NCBI RefSeq assembly: GCF_048593235.1
Contig: NC_133617.1
Coordinates: 626,677,120-626,740,957, forward strand
Direction of reading: 5' to 3'
DNA from: Sminthopsis crassicaudata
Taxonomy: Eukaryota
DNA length: 63,838 bases
In this document: positions 11,596 through 24,429 of the stretch, one piece after another
How the letters are laid out: every line of letters starts with the position of its first letter
Position numbering within the stretch: position 1 is the first letter of the stretch
Notes under the pieces: model-generated
The model's input: the letters and a program-made list of their open reading frames with translations, nothing else
Database searches by the model: none
Told to the model about the DNA's origin: nothing
Position numbers and translations under genes: made by a program

Positions 11596-12102
11596 TCTCC
11601 CTCATTGAATTAGCTCAAATGAGACTTGCCTATTCTTTTTCCATTCTCCCCTCTTTTGTAAAAATGTTACTTGTGCATCTGTTTTATGTGAGTTAATTTC
11701 CCTAATTCTTTCTCTTCCTTCCCCTTTCAAGGAATCCTTCTTTTTCACCACTCCATTTATATGAGATCATTGGTACATAATTAATTTGTACCTGTGTTTT
11801 CTGTCATTGTACGATCCTTTTAAGAGCCCTAATAATAAAATTATGATTTCTCTTTCATGTCTGCTTTTTTAATGCTTTTCTAAAGTCTTATGTTTGAATG
11901 TCCAATTTTCTATTCAGCTCCATCAGGAATATTTGATGTCCTCTATTTCTTAACCGTTTGTTTTTCCCCTACAACTTTATATTCAGTTTTGATGATGGGT
12001 TATTCTTGGTTGTATTCTTAGCTTCTTTGCCTTCTAGAATATCATATTCCAAGCTTTTCAGTCTTTTGGTGTGGTAGTTGCTAAATTTTGCATGATTCTG
12101 AC

Positions 12103-12486
12103 TGATACTTCAAATTCAACATCATCTCCTACTTTTAGCTCCTACAGGTTGCCATTGTACTGTGAACAGTGGAAGAAAAGTCTAGCTTGACGTTCTGAAC
12201 ACTGAATAAATCCATAAGAGGTCAGCAGTTTTTCAATAACCCCAGTTTCATGCAGTGCTGCCGAAGTACCATTGGGGTACCCGTTGTGTCCATTGTTGTG
12301 GAGAAGGTTTGGATCAAAGCTCATCTCACAGTGATAATCAAACATTGCACTTTCAGTAGTATTTGCTGATTCTTCTTTCTCAGCACACGTTTCAAAGGAT
12401 GAAAATTTCTAGTATATTTTTTTTAAAAAAGAGAGAGAGCAAGAGGAAATGATCTACCAAGCTAATAAGAGATCCGACTGCTGCTG
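12103..12486 (-). pseudogene. CSDE1: CSDE1 (UNR) processed mRNA fragment: 162 nt of 5' UTR plus codons 1-74
   Basis: From ATG at 12324: MSFDPNLLHNNGHNGYPNGTSAALHETGVIEKLLTSYGFIQCSERQARLFFHCSQYNGNL*ELKVGDDVEFEVS, the CSDE1 N-terminus/CSD1 with R>H and Q>TAG. Upstream sequence matches the recalled CSDE1 5' UTR (ttagcttggtagatcattt...aagaagaatcagcaaatactactgaaagtgcaat). Confidence 0.97.
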
Positions 12487-13799
12487 AATGATTTCTTTGT
12501 AGCTACTTTCAATAGTCTTTCCTTGACCTGGAAGTTCTGATATTCAATCATAATATTTCTTGGAGTTTTTATTTTGGGATCTTTTTCAGGAGATAATCAG
12601 GGAATGCTTTCAATTTCTATTTTGCCCTCCAGTTCTAAGATATCAGGGCAGTTTTGCTTTATAATTCCTTGAAAAATATGTATAGGCTCTTTTTTTAATC
12701 ATGGCTTTCATTCTAAAATTATCTTTCCTTGATCTAGTTTCCATATCAATTGTTTTCTGGTAAGATGTTTCACATTTTCTTATACTTTTTCATTCCTTTG
12801 ACTTTTATTTGATTCTTTTAAAAATATCTCATAAGTTTTCACTTGCCCAATTCTAATTTTTATGGAATTGCTTTCTTCAGTGAACTTTTGTACCTGTTTT
12901 TCCATTTGTCCAATTCTACTTTTTTAAGGAATTATTTCCACATTGTTAATGAAGCTGTTATTTCTCTTTTCATAAATTTCTTCCATTGCTCTCATTCTTT
13001 TCCCAATTTTTCATTTATCACTCATTTGATTTTTTTTTTTATCATGTTTGTACTCTTTCTTAAGTTCTTTAACTTTTATAGTTGATGGAATGAGATCCTG
13101 AAGAACACTGGAGGGGATAAAATCAAGATCACAATTAAGGAGTTTTTCTTGGAAAAGAAAAGCAACATAACCTCAAAGAGAAGTTGGTTGAAGATACAGA
13201 AAAAATTTGGGAAGGAAGAAGAGATAACATGGAACTGTTGTAACTAGGTGCTTGCTTTTTTTTTTTTCTCAGTAAAACTAAGATGGCCTCATTTTATTGG
13301 GATAAAAGAGGGAGGCATAAGGTTTTTCCAGCTTTCTTTGCATTGAAAGGAAACCTTTATAAGATGCTGCTACTTATTGTAAAACAGAGGGAAACTATAC
13401 TATCACCAGAGCTGCCTTTTGTTGACCTTACATTAGAATTTGTCTATATCCTGTGGAATTTTCCAAAAGCTAGGTCCTTTGAATTTCCCTCCAGAATGAC
13501 AAGCACCATATGATCACACCATTTTCTTTGGAGAGGAAAGAGCTGACAAAACTATTACCCTATGTCCTAAATTTGGAAGTCTTTATCAGAGATATGGAGT
13601 TGTCATCTGGGACATGTCTCAAATGTCTCGATTTAAAGTTTAGAAATCTCTTTAGTAGTTAGATGGTGGAACTATATAAAGTATACCTTGTTTATGTAAT
13701 TATTGTGCAACTAGGGAAAAATCTCATGACCTGTTTGAGCTTCAGTTTCCTCATCTGTAAGAGGAGAATAACAATACTTGTACCTCCTACCTCTAGATC

Positions 13800-14050
13800 A
13801 ACTAGGTGTTACAATGGATATAGTACTGTGCCTTGAGACAAAAAAACATTGTCTTGAGTTCAAACTTGACCTCAGACACTAGCTATATGACCCTGGGTAA
13901 ATCACTTAACCCTGTTCATCTCAGTTTCCTCATCTGTAAAATGAGTCGGAGAAGGAAATGGTGAATAATTCACTATCTTTGCCAGGATAACCTCAAATGG
14001 GGTCACAAAGACTTAGACACAAATGAAAAATGACTGGAAAACAACAAAAA
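13800..14050 (+). mobile_element. Mar1-type CORE-SINE nested in a MIR
   Basis: tRNA-like head, core ctcagtttcctcatctgtaaaatga, RTE-derived tail (ggagaaggaaatgg...ggggtcacaaag...aacaacaaaaa). Confidence 0.85.
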
Positions 14051-14259
14051 CCTTTGATCTTGGAGGATTGTTACAAGGAAAGACCTCAGTAAATGTTAGT
14101 GAACAATATTAGTACTTTAATCTTCCCTTAAAATTGCATCTAAATTAAATTTTATTTTAAATGTAGTAGGAAAGTTCTGTATTAAAAGATGTTCCCTCTG
14201 GTCATATAATACCTAAAGTGTTGTGTTCAATTTATAGCATTTTAAAATAGGAATTATTT

Positions 14260-14650
14260 TTAAACTGAAGCAATTTCAGAAGGGACAAAGAGGACAGTGA
14301 AGAATCTCTAATCAATGTCACATGAGGAATAATTGAAATAGGTAAGGATTTTTAGATTGGAGAAGATTCAAGAATATTTAATATCTTTAAATATTTAAAC
14401 AGCTATAATGCGAAGGAGACAATAGATTTATTCTGTATTGTAAGCTTAGAACCAATGGATGAAAATTACAGGAGGCAGATTTTGGCTTAATATAAGGAAA
14501 AACTTTACACTGAACAAGTTGTATAACAAGATAGCAAAAAAAAAAAAATAGCTACTTCTCAGGGAAATTTAGAAGACACAGTTGTATTGGATGGGAGGTT
14601 GAATTACATGACCCCTGAAGCTCCTTCCATCTTTTAAATTGTTATGATTC
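14260..14650 (+). mobile_element. L3/CR1 LINE 3' fragment
   Basis: ggaggcagattttggcttaatataaggaaaaacttt and 3' end gaattacatgacccctgaagctccttcc. Confidence 0.75.
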
Positions 14651-15382
14651 CATTTATTTTATCATGAATTCTTTTATAAAATGAAATGAAAACCCATACA
14701 AACCCAATAATCACTTACTAACATATGCATCTTGTATATACATGCATATATATGTAGGTAGTGTATTAGTAAAGATATATTTTTTTCACATATTGAGGTT
14801 TTTTTTAAAGGTAGCATACCAATTTAAGTTTACCATTAAATCTGACTGAAAGTAATTTAATTTTTAAAAATACACAAATTCTGTGCATGTTTGGAAATTA
14901 TCTTTGGAAATTAGTAATAAGACCTTGCATTTGCATAGTCAAGGGAAAGAAGACTTAAGAAAGATATCATTACTGTCTTCAAATATGTCGTATGGAACAA
15001 TTTTGTGACATCAGAAGAGCTAAATATCATTGTTCCTATTTTCTAGATGAAGAAATTGACACTCAGAAAAGAAGTGTTTGCCCAGGGCCACAAAGCTCTC
15101 TGTTGCCAAACTAGGACCTGTGTTTCCTGATGCCAGGTGATGCAGTGAATCTCTATATACTGTTTTGGTTCTTCCATGATTGACATGGAGATGAGCTACT
15201 TCACATCTATAATAGATCATAATTAGGGCTACCTTTTCCAAACCTAAGAAATAGAAATGGCAGGACCATTCTCTGGTATGTATTAAGGACACTGCCTAAA
15301 AGAGTTTGGGAGCTCCTTAGAGAAGATGCTAAATTAACAAAGTAGTAACCATGCAAAAGACATCTTGGGGGTCATATGGTGT

Positions 15383-15765
15383 TCAATTCTGATGGACATG
15401 GCTCTTTTCAACAATGAGATGATTCAGGACAGTTCCAATGGTCTTGTGATAAAAGAACCATCTGCACCCAGAGAGAAAACTGTGGGGACTGAGGTGGATC
15501 ACAATGTAGTATTTTTTACTCTTTTTGTTGTTGTTTTCTTTCTCATTGTTTTCCTTTGTGATCTGATTTTTCTTGTGTAGCATAATAGTTGTGGAAATAA
15601 GTATAGAAGAATCGCACATGTTTAACATATATTGGATTACTTGCCATCTAGGGGAGGGGGGTGGGAGGAAGGAAGGGAAAAATTAGAATACAAAGTTTTG
15701 AAAGGGTAAATGTTGAAAATTATCCATGTATATATTTTGAAAATAAAAAGCTTTTATTTAAAAAA
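15383..15765 (+). mobile_element. Marsupial L1 3' UTR fragment
   Basis: Homologous to 3740-4210 (tcaattctgatggac...ttttcaacaatgagatgatt...aataaaaagcttt). Confidence 0.93.
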
Positions 15766-18246
15766 TTGGGGTCCATGGCACAAAATTGGAATGCGATCCT
15801 TCTGGTGCTGCCAGTCTGATAAAGCACCAAGTGATTGAATGCAGACTCCCCTTAGATCAAACTGCTGAGCTGGTGAGGACTAGAGAAAGATTTGAATATC
15901 ATATAACCAATGAAAAATTCATCTCCTATTCAAGCTGAGCAGTGTGACAGGCTGCCAAATGAAAGAACTTCTTTTCCTTCGTGGTGGGAAACCTTCTGGT
16001 GCCTGATGAGGTCCCTGTGGTTACATTAATGCTCCATCTGCTCAAGTGGAGACCTGAGAGCTCCTCTGGCAGGATTTGTTTCCCTTAGGTGGTGCACCTT
16101 TCTCCCACTTGGCAACCAACCTTATAGTTTCCGAAACAAATCTGTGCAGAGGCACGCTAAAGGAGAAGGTTTTCTGGACAATTCTGGACAACCAGGACAT
16201 CAGGTCTGGGCCAGACAAGCGAAATAGACACACTGGCCTTGGGGATGGGGTGGGGAGGGAGCAGATGGGCTAAAAGGGACAATGCCAGAAGGAAACACCT
16301 GTCTGAGATTTCAGCTGTGGGATTCCCTAAAGTCTGATTCTCAGCCAAAAACTGTGTCAGACATGATGATGAGGCACACCCATACACAAACATGCCTTGT
16401 TCAAGAAAACCTAAAATCTGGACAATTTTTCTTGAATCCATATTAGTGATTTGGTCATCAGTCAACTCATTCCCAATCACCCAAGCTTCAACTGGAGTCC
16501 CTTATATTTTATAAAGTTCCTTGTCTCCTCTAACACTAGTACTAGACCTAGTAAAGGAACCGTTAATAGGGATAAGTGACCTTAATGGTCATCTAGTCCA
16601 ACTCCCTTATTTAAAAGATGAAGAAATCAAGGTCTGAATATATTAAGTGAGTTGTCCAATATCAAACATGCATTAAGTGGAAAAGCTGGGGGTCAGACTC
16701 CATTCCTGCAACTCCAAGTTCCGTGTTGTTTCCATGATCTCGTGTTTCCTCCATGATTGATTCCAAAAGCTGTTGCTTGATTTTCCTAGTCCCTTCACAC
16801 TTTAGCATCATGGAGAGTATATTACTAAAACTGTACTAAGCCATTACATAGTAAAGAATCAATAAATTTGCCTAAGTATTAGGCAACGTTTTTTCTTTAA
16901 CTGGGGAGGGGGATATAAAGCAGAAATTGTTGGTCTTTTTTATCTTGAAGATTCTTCCAACTGATGGATAGGTGAAGTAGTAGTTCTGGTGATCAAGATG
17001 CCTGTAAACTATAACAGTAAAATAGGATGAGGTAGGTTTGTGAGGTGAAGGGAAAGAGGAGAAGATAAAGATGGAGATAATTTAATTACTGCCAGCCTAG
17101 GGAATGACCACATCCAGATCCACAAGTTTCCAGTTACTGTTATTTGTCCTGTTCAGGACTCCAACCTGAAATCAGTGGCTTGAGACACTAACTTACTATG
17201 TGGCTCTGGTTAAGGGCAGATCTCTACCATCTTTTCCTTCAAGTTTGTTATCAGAATTATTATTATGCTGAAGTGGAATAAATCTGCAAAATTAATTAGA
17301 CTATTCATTGCTATGTTTGTTTCTACTATGAGTGAATGAAAAGGAGTTATTAAGCTGTTATTTTGTGCCAGTTCACTGTGCAAAGTGCTTGGGATATAGG
17401 ACAAAAGAGAGACAGTCCTGACCTCAAAGAGTTTATATTCTAATAGGAAAATTAATATATAGAGGGCAATAATGGCCAAGGAAGAGAATTCTGGAGAGTC
17501 ACTTGGGTTATTGATTAATGTGACCTTTCTGAAATCAATTATTATATTGACTTGATTAATGTGCCAGAGTGAGATGTGGAAGAGTGGGACATACAATAAC
17601 GAGACAGAATGATGGTGGTTGTAGTAGACTGAAGTATAACAGCATGGCCTCAGGGAGTTCCTAGTCCCTAAAAGACAGGTATTTTCCCCTGGCTCTGCCT
17701 ATGACAGACTGCCTATGACAGACAGAACAAAGAAAAGTACCTTCCTAAGGGGAGCTGTCAGAGAATTCCTAGAAGTGATCACTGAGTCTTAGAGCATTTC
17801 CTAGAGCACTGAGAGTGTCTTATTCAGGTTCACACAGCCAATATGGTCAAGAGACAGGACAAATCTAGGTGTTGCTATCCCCACAGTCTGCTCTATTTTT
17901 CCACATTGTCTCTTCTATTGAGCCAGAAAATCCTACATCAGTCTGCTGATACTAGGGAAAAGCAGAATAGAAGGAGGGAGGTTTCTGTCTGTGTTCAGTT
18001 ACTGAAGAAAGCAATTCTACATATTCTATGCTGGTCATAGATGGTGTATAGTAAATGAGTCTACTCTGAACATCCTGTGTGAGCTTGGACAAGTCACTTT
18101 TCTTTTCCAAGCTTCAGTTTTAAACAAAAAGGGGTGAAGTTGGTATCTTTCACTCTGAAATGTTTGTGCCTATGTTTTGTTTTTGTTTTGGCACATATCT
18201 TCCTCAGAAACCTACTCCTGGAGGTCAATAAAAAGCTAATCATAGG

Positions 18247-18387
18247 GCAGCTAGGTGGTTCAGTGGATAGAGCACCAGCCTTGAAGTTGGGAGGATCTGA
18301 GTTCAAGTGTGACCTCAGACACTTAACACTTCCTAGCTTGGTGATCCTAGGCAAGTCACTTAACCCCCAAATGCCTCAGGGAAAAAT
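18247..18387 (+). mobile_element. WSINE1-type young SINE with 15-bp TSD
   Basis: gcagctaggtgg...gagttcaa...cacttaacacttcctagc; TSD aaagctaatcatagg at 18232-18246 and 18388-18402. Confidence 0.93.
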
Positions 18388-19425
18388 AAAGCTAATCATA
18401 GGAATCAGAAAATATCACTTTACAATATAAAACCTTTTTTTTTTGATGATTTCAAAAGTACCCCCAAGATGTGAATGGTAATAAAACCAAACATTCATCT
18501 TAGTCTCTTAAATAGAATTCATTTTATTTTATTTGAAGAACCACTGTGGGATGTTTCCTTAGTGAGAGATATCTGACAGAGTAGATTTTATGTATAGGCA
18601 GAACAGGTAGTTTCCTAGGTGATTTGAAGATAGCTCTGGAAGATTCCATGCCCAAGAATATGTCTTCTACCATCCTGCTATTATGCCTAAAAATCTATTA
18701 GAGATGCATTTCTTTGGCTTAAGATTTCACTGCTCCAAAGGGGCCCTTTTAAAATGTAAACATTCTTGGGAATGGTAACATATTAAACAACTATCAGTGA
18801 TTAACACCGGAATATTTTATTTATATATTTATAATTTGCTAAATGTAATCAATCATTATTAACTAATGTTGGATAGGTAGGGAGAAAGATTAGAGAAGAT
18901 GGGTCCCTTTCAGAAAAGACAGACATGGGTGGGGAACTATGGTAGGGGATCCAAAGGGCAAATAATGAAAGCATTGAAGAATGAGGAGGCATTCAAGATA
19001 AATGATGTACTTCAAAAACAGAGAAGTATGAACTTTCATACAGTAGAAACCATGGATACTTGCTGAATCATATATGCTCATGTATAATTGCTCCTAAGCA
19101 TTTTATTAGTCATCTTGGGAGATGTCCATTCACTCTTTTTCAGATTATATTTAGTGCCATTCAGTGCATGCAAAAAAAAAAAAAAATACAGATAACTATT
19201 GGTCTTTGACACAATTTTTCATCATATATATGTATGTTTCGATTAAACACTTATTTACTAGGCATCCATTTTGTGCAAGGCATGGGTTAAAATAATAACA
19301 TTTACATTTTTTTTAACCTTCATGACTTGATGGCCCAGTGTACAATTTGGGTTTTTTTCTCACAAAATCTCTTTGGTTCATGTCTCCATTTTGGGAGCAT
19401 CTGCCTTTGACATGTCTCATGAAAA

Positions 19426-19561
19426 GGGGCAGCTAGGTGGCGCAGTGGATAGATGACCAGGCCTGAATTCAGGATGAACTGAGTTCAAATCTGGTCTCAG
19501 ACACTTAACACTTCCTAGCTGTGTGACCCTGGGCAAGTCACTTAACCCCAGCCTCAGAAAA
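19426..19561 (+). mobile_element. WSINE1-type young SINE with 17-bp TSD
   Basis: TSD gacatgtctcatgaaaa at 19409-19425 and 19562-19578. Confidence 0.95.
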
Positions 19562-19939
19562 GACATGTCTCATGAAAAATTTATGACTCATTTTTCTCTC
19601 TAAAAATGGGCATTCCCTTTTAATCAGTCAACTGAGACAGTGAACATAAGTACCATTTAGCTTGATTCTATCACCATCATCAACAACCCATCTAACAGAC
19701 TCATATCACAGCCTCTAGATGGTCAGGAAAAGCTTCTCCCTACTCCCACAGGGAGTATATCATTCTTCTGACTTATAATCCCAGCCTTTGTAGCTCAGCA
19801 TTGCTAAGGAGTCAATCAATAATTCAATCCTGGGTGGGGTCCTACTCTCCCCATGGGAAATATAGCCAGAATTGGATTGCAAGGTCTCCTAAAGACTTAC
19901 ATTAACTACATAGTTCACAGTCTTGTTATGCAGTAATTT

Positions 19940-20165
19940 TCAGTTGTGTCTGATTCTTTGTGACCCCATTTTGAGGTTGTTGTAGTTGGGATTTTGGTGG
20001 GAGATTTTTTGGGGTTTTGTTTTTTTTATTTTTGAAAGGTACTGGAGCACTTTGCCATTTCCTTCTTCAACTCTTTTTACTAATGAGAAACCTGAGAAAA
20101 CAGGGCTAAGTGACTTGCCCAGGGTCACACAACTATTAAGTATCTGAAACCAGATTTGAACTTCA
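19940..20165 (-). mobile_element. Mar1-type CORE-SINE
   Basis: Antisense tail (ttctttgtgaccccatttt...tactggagcactttgccatttccttc) and core aagtgacttgcccagggtcacac. Confidence 0.85.
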
Positions 20166-21475
20166 CAATGTCATACAGACATTTCTCTATCCCTGTCTCT
20201 AATTGTCTCTGTCTGTCTCTTTGTCTCCCTCATTTCTCTCTCTCTCTCTGTCTCTGTCTCTCTTTCTCTCTCTGACTTCCTTTTATCTTTGCTGTGATGC
20301 TCCTTGTTGAAACTGCCTCTTTTGCCTCTTTATATTGTTGAGATTCCATTTCTTTTGCCTTTTTTTTCCTTATGAAAATTGTCTTCTTCCCTTCATTCTC
20401 TTGTCAAAATTCCATCTCTCTTCGCGGTTGCTTAGATACAATGGCCTGAAGCCTCTCCTCCTCTCCCTGGACCATTATTTTCCCCTACTATGAATAGAGT
20501 GCCAGCCCCAGGAGAGTCTCTGCCACCATTTTCTCTACTTTATCTTGGCTCCTTTGTGCACACTTTCCCCTGCAGGGGCCACGTAGATATTCAAAGCTCT
20601 TTCCATGCACATGTGTAACACAGCACTTCTATTTTTTCTCCTCACAGAACAGAGGTTCTGTCTGATTTAGAAGCAGATTCCTTCCTGTGTGTTTGCTTTG
20701 GATATCTTTATGAATCTAGTAGGAGACTTACCTTTCTCCTGCTTATACATGCACTATTTCATTTGAAAGATCTATCAATCCCATGATGTATCTACTAAAA
20801 TATTATTGTGCTCACTTTGCAGATGTAAAAATAGAGACTTAACTTGCCCAGAGATATATAGCTAGTAAATGGCAGAACTGGTACTCAGATACATATCTTT
20901 TGACCCCAAGTCCATTTGCTCCTAAATTTGGTTTGGATTGATGTATCTAGAATCAGGAAGCTGATCAGGAAGTTCAAATCCAGCTTCAGACATTACTAGC
21001 TATATGATTCTGGGCATATTATTTAACCTCTGTTTTAGTTTGCTCATCTGCAAAATAGGGATCATAGTAGTACCTATTACACAGAATTGTTTTGAGGATC
21101 AAATGAAATAATATTAGTAAAACATTTTGTAGACCAACAGGTGGCATATTATTCACTATTATTTATTATTTATTATTCACTATTATTGTTATTTTTAATT
21201 GGAGGTGACCTTGGGCAGTTGAAGACTATGGCTATGGAACACAAATTCCAGTAGATTTTATCAAGTTGTGGTAAGACTGTGCAGAAGCCTAGGAACTAAT
21301 GGTGTCATGTCTTAGTCTTAGTCTAGCTAAATTGAGAAACATTCACGAGAAGCAGGTGACTTATTAAGTGAGGAAATTTTTGATTATGGTAACTTGTGAT
21401 ACCATTTATTAAATTATGCAATCTGCATTGATGGAGAGGGTACCCTCATTAATATGTATCAGTGCCATTTTAGAT

Positions 21476-21648
21476 CATATTTCTTAATCTTTTCTCTGGC
21501 ATGGACCAATTTGGCTGTCCAATGAAATGGAATAATGTTTTTAAATGCATAAAATAAAACATGTAAGATTCTGTAGGAAACCCATTAATATGGAAAATAG
21601 TTAGCAAAATATTTTTAAAAGTTCATGGAGCCCAAGTTAAGACTCCTG
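21476..21648 (+). mobile_element. hAT-Charlie-type MITE
   Basis: gaataatgtttttaaatgcataaaataaa...aagttcatggagcccaagttaagactcctg; the same family recurs at 38057 and 46241. Confidence 0.7.
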
Positions 21649-23725
21649 ATTTCCAAATCAGGATATGCATGGATATGCACTTTGATCTCTTCTTTAAGGA
21701 CTGCAACAATCTCTGTTTGATTTTACTCTCATTATATGATTTTTTTTTTAAAAATTGGGATAAATTAAAAAGAATTCTCCTTTGGAAAAGATGTTGGAAA
21801 TTTTCCCAACACCTCTTGACATCAGTAGAAACACCCTTGGATATTGCAAAACACAGGGTGGTAATTACCACTATGAAATATGCCATAAAACTTCACCTAA
21901 AGTGCCTGACTGAGTTCCTTTAAAATTGGAGAATCAAAGTAAAATGGCTACTCATTCAGCAGAACCATGAAACCTAACAATTTCCTGGCCAGGCTATCCT
22001 CTACTTAAACAGTCTTGGAAGCAGCCATCTCTTTCTTCTGGTCACTAGGGAATCAATCCAGTAAGTACTGGATTCAATCCCTCATATTAACATCTGCCTG
22101 AAGCAAATTCACTCAGAACTTCTCCACTGACCCAGATTTCCTCTGAAAGTCAAACAAGAAAAGTACAGAAAATTGTAGTATAAGAAAATTTTCCTGAAGT
22201 CCTTTGCCTAATTTTTCAAGAGACCAGCTCCTGTCTTTTGGGCCCTCCATCCATGGACCACTGAGTTAGCAGATAAATAAAATCCGGTATGATTCTTTGA
22301 CTTCAAAGTCAATTTCTTCCATGTGTGGAAAAGATAGAGTAGGGTGTGGGAAGGGGATGGGAATTGGGAATAGAGAATATATATATATATATATTTTTTT
22401 TGCTGGCAAGGGAGAGACTATATGACCTAATGGATTTTTTTTTTCCATTCCTAACTTCAGGGATTCCATGATTAATTCAGACATCTGGTTTACCTCTCCA
22501 GTGAGATACCATTTTATTAACTACCGTGTAGGAAACTGTCTTGTTATCCCAGACAGAGAAATAGTCACTCCCTGCTTCCTCAAAATGTGCAATTCAGCCA
22601 AGCTAATAACTTTCTATAATTTTTTTTAACTGGCCTAATTCCGACTTCTTTGTAAAGAAACTCAATAAGGACCTGTCAAAAAAGACCTGGAAAATGGTGT
22701 GTGTGTTTTAAACAAGAGCAGAAATTTATGTGGAAAACTCTTCTTGTAGATACTGGAAATTTCTGGGCATACAACCAAGCACACATCCATGCTTGTAAAC
22801 AGTATTGTTTTACTATTATTGATATAACAAACAAGCACTTTCATGTTTGCCACAGGCTGTGTGTCATTTGTCTGTTTTTTGGGACAGCTTGTTCTGATAG
22901 GTCTAGGGATCCTAAGGGGTGGAGAGGAGTAATTTAATATTCAAGTCAATTTAGTTCAAATCAATCCAACGTGCATCTATTAAATGCCTAAAATGTACTA
23001 GGCATTATACTAAGCACTAGGGATGTAAATACAAAAAAACCCAAAAAACAAAAAACAAAAAAACAGTCCCTGCCCACAAGGAATTTGTATCTTTACTGAG
23101 AATAACTCTTCTGGAAATAATGATGGAGACTTGTGACCAGGGAAGTCCGATCTTCTACAGATACTGTTATTTCCAGGGAATGGGGGTGGGGTTAAAGCAG
23201 GGGATGATCTAAGTGCTGACAGCTTTCTTCCTAGCAGAGATGGTTTGCAAAATCTTGAAAAACCCTAGAGCATAATGGGGCTCTAGGGATAAGCTTAACC
23301 CCACAAATTGCCTCATTTTCCTTGCTTCTAGGAAGTGAAGTTGTATAACTCCGGAGATAATTGTTTCTGAATCAGGAACAAACTATTTTTTGTTTTTGGG
23401 ATTTAGAGGGAGGGAGAGGCAATCAGCTCCTTGAGGGCCTAAGAGGGAGTGGATTATGGTGTGGTGTGAATCTTGCAAAAGCTATATCTGGAATGGACTT
23501 TTCAGGAGCCAAATAGAGTGACTTGGGTACCAGGTTGCTACTCAATGGACCTCAGTCACCTAGATCAGTCCACCCAAAGATCTAAGGAAGGGAGAGAGAA
23601 GGAATAGGATAACTTCTTCCTCTAACCCTATAATGACCTTGGTCACATTCTCCACATGGCTCCAGGATTTGAAAGCTAGAGTCCTAGACTATACACTGGT
23701 TTGGAGAAACAACCTGTATCTAAAT

Positions 23726-23915
23726 TCTTTTTTTTTTTTTTTTTAAATGATATTTCCCCCAGTTACAAGTAAAAATCATTTTAAACAATCAGTTAAAAAA
23801 ATTTTGAGTTGCAACTTTTTTCCCTCCCTCACCTCTTCCCTTTCCTGACACAGTAAGCAATTTGATATAGGTTATACATGTTCAATCATGCAAAACATAT
23901 TATCGTAGTAGTCAT
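23726..23915 (-). mobile_element. L1 3' end with poly(A) (seen as a poly-T run)
   Basis: T-run then antisense L1 3' UTR (aagcaatttgatataggttatacatg...atcatgcaaaacatatt). Confidence 0.85.
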
Positions 23916-24429
23916 ATTGGGAAAGACTGTCTAAATTCTTATAAGCAGATGCAATAGGTTGTCATACAAATACAAAAAAGAGATGCATGGACTATATACT
24001 TAGCTGTCTATCTTTTCACCAATTATTCTCTCTCCGTTCTGACTCTTAGTTAAGATTTTTGTCTTTCACCAAGTCAAGTTGACTGATATTTATTGAGAAC
24101 ATTCTTAGCTATGAAGCCCTGTATAAGCTATTGCAGGGTGGGGAGGGATCAAAAATTTAGCCTTAGACTGTGCTTTCCACTAACTTCCCTTGTAATAGGA
24201 TTTGCATATTTGCAGTCTTCAAATATTTGAAGTATTATCTTGTAGAATGGGGATTGGGCACATCCTTTTTCATCCCAGAGGTCAAAAGCTAGAAGCAATG
24301 GGTGGAAATGCTATGGAAGACAATTTAGACTTGATGTCAAAATTAGCCCTGTCCATGAGTAGAACAGACCATCACAAGAGATTTCCCTCAATGAAGTCTT
24401 GAAGCAAATGCTGGAAAGTTTTTGTTGTT

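Larger units (their letters stand above)
10290..13080 (-). mobile_element. Old, fragmented marsupial L1 (3' UTR, ORF2 and ORF1 pieces)
   Basis: Antisense L1 motifs, e.g. cttttcaattctcattcagtcttctccagaggtctccc and ttctaagatatcagggcagttttgctttataattccttg...ggctctttttttaatcatggctttca. Confidence 0.8.

Noticed and set aside
12325-12345. N-terminal extension MFDYHCE on the CSDE1 ORF
   Set aside because: It is 5' UTR sequence with an in-frame ATG; the fragment has an internal stop, so it is not a functional isoform.
16003-16057. C/D snoRNA-like TGATGA ... CTGA
   Set aside because: Only ~55 nt, no terminal stem, and both boxes are common words.
15995-16160. Hammerhead ribozyme-like words CTGATGAG ... 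CGAAAC
   Set aside because: The words are ~120 nt apart with only 2 bp of stem II, the cleavage triplet would be GUG (not NUH), and stem I is not in register.
17210-17596. 128-aa minus ORF
   Set aside because: Runs through an L2 3' remnant; I/L/F-rich composition is typical of AT-rich non-coding DNA.
17696-17723. 14-bp tandem duplication tgcctatgacagac
   Set aside because: Ordinary slippage duplication with no other support.
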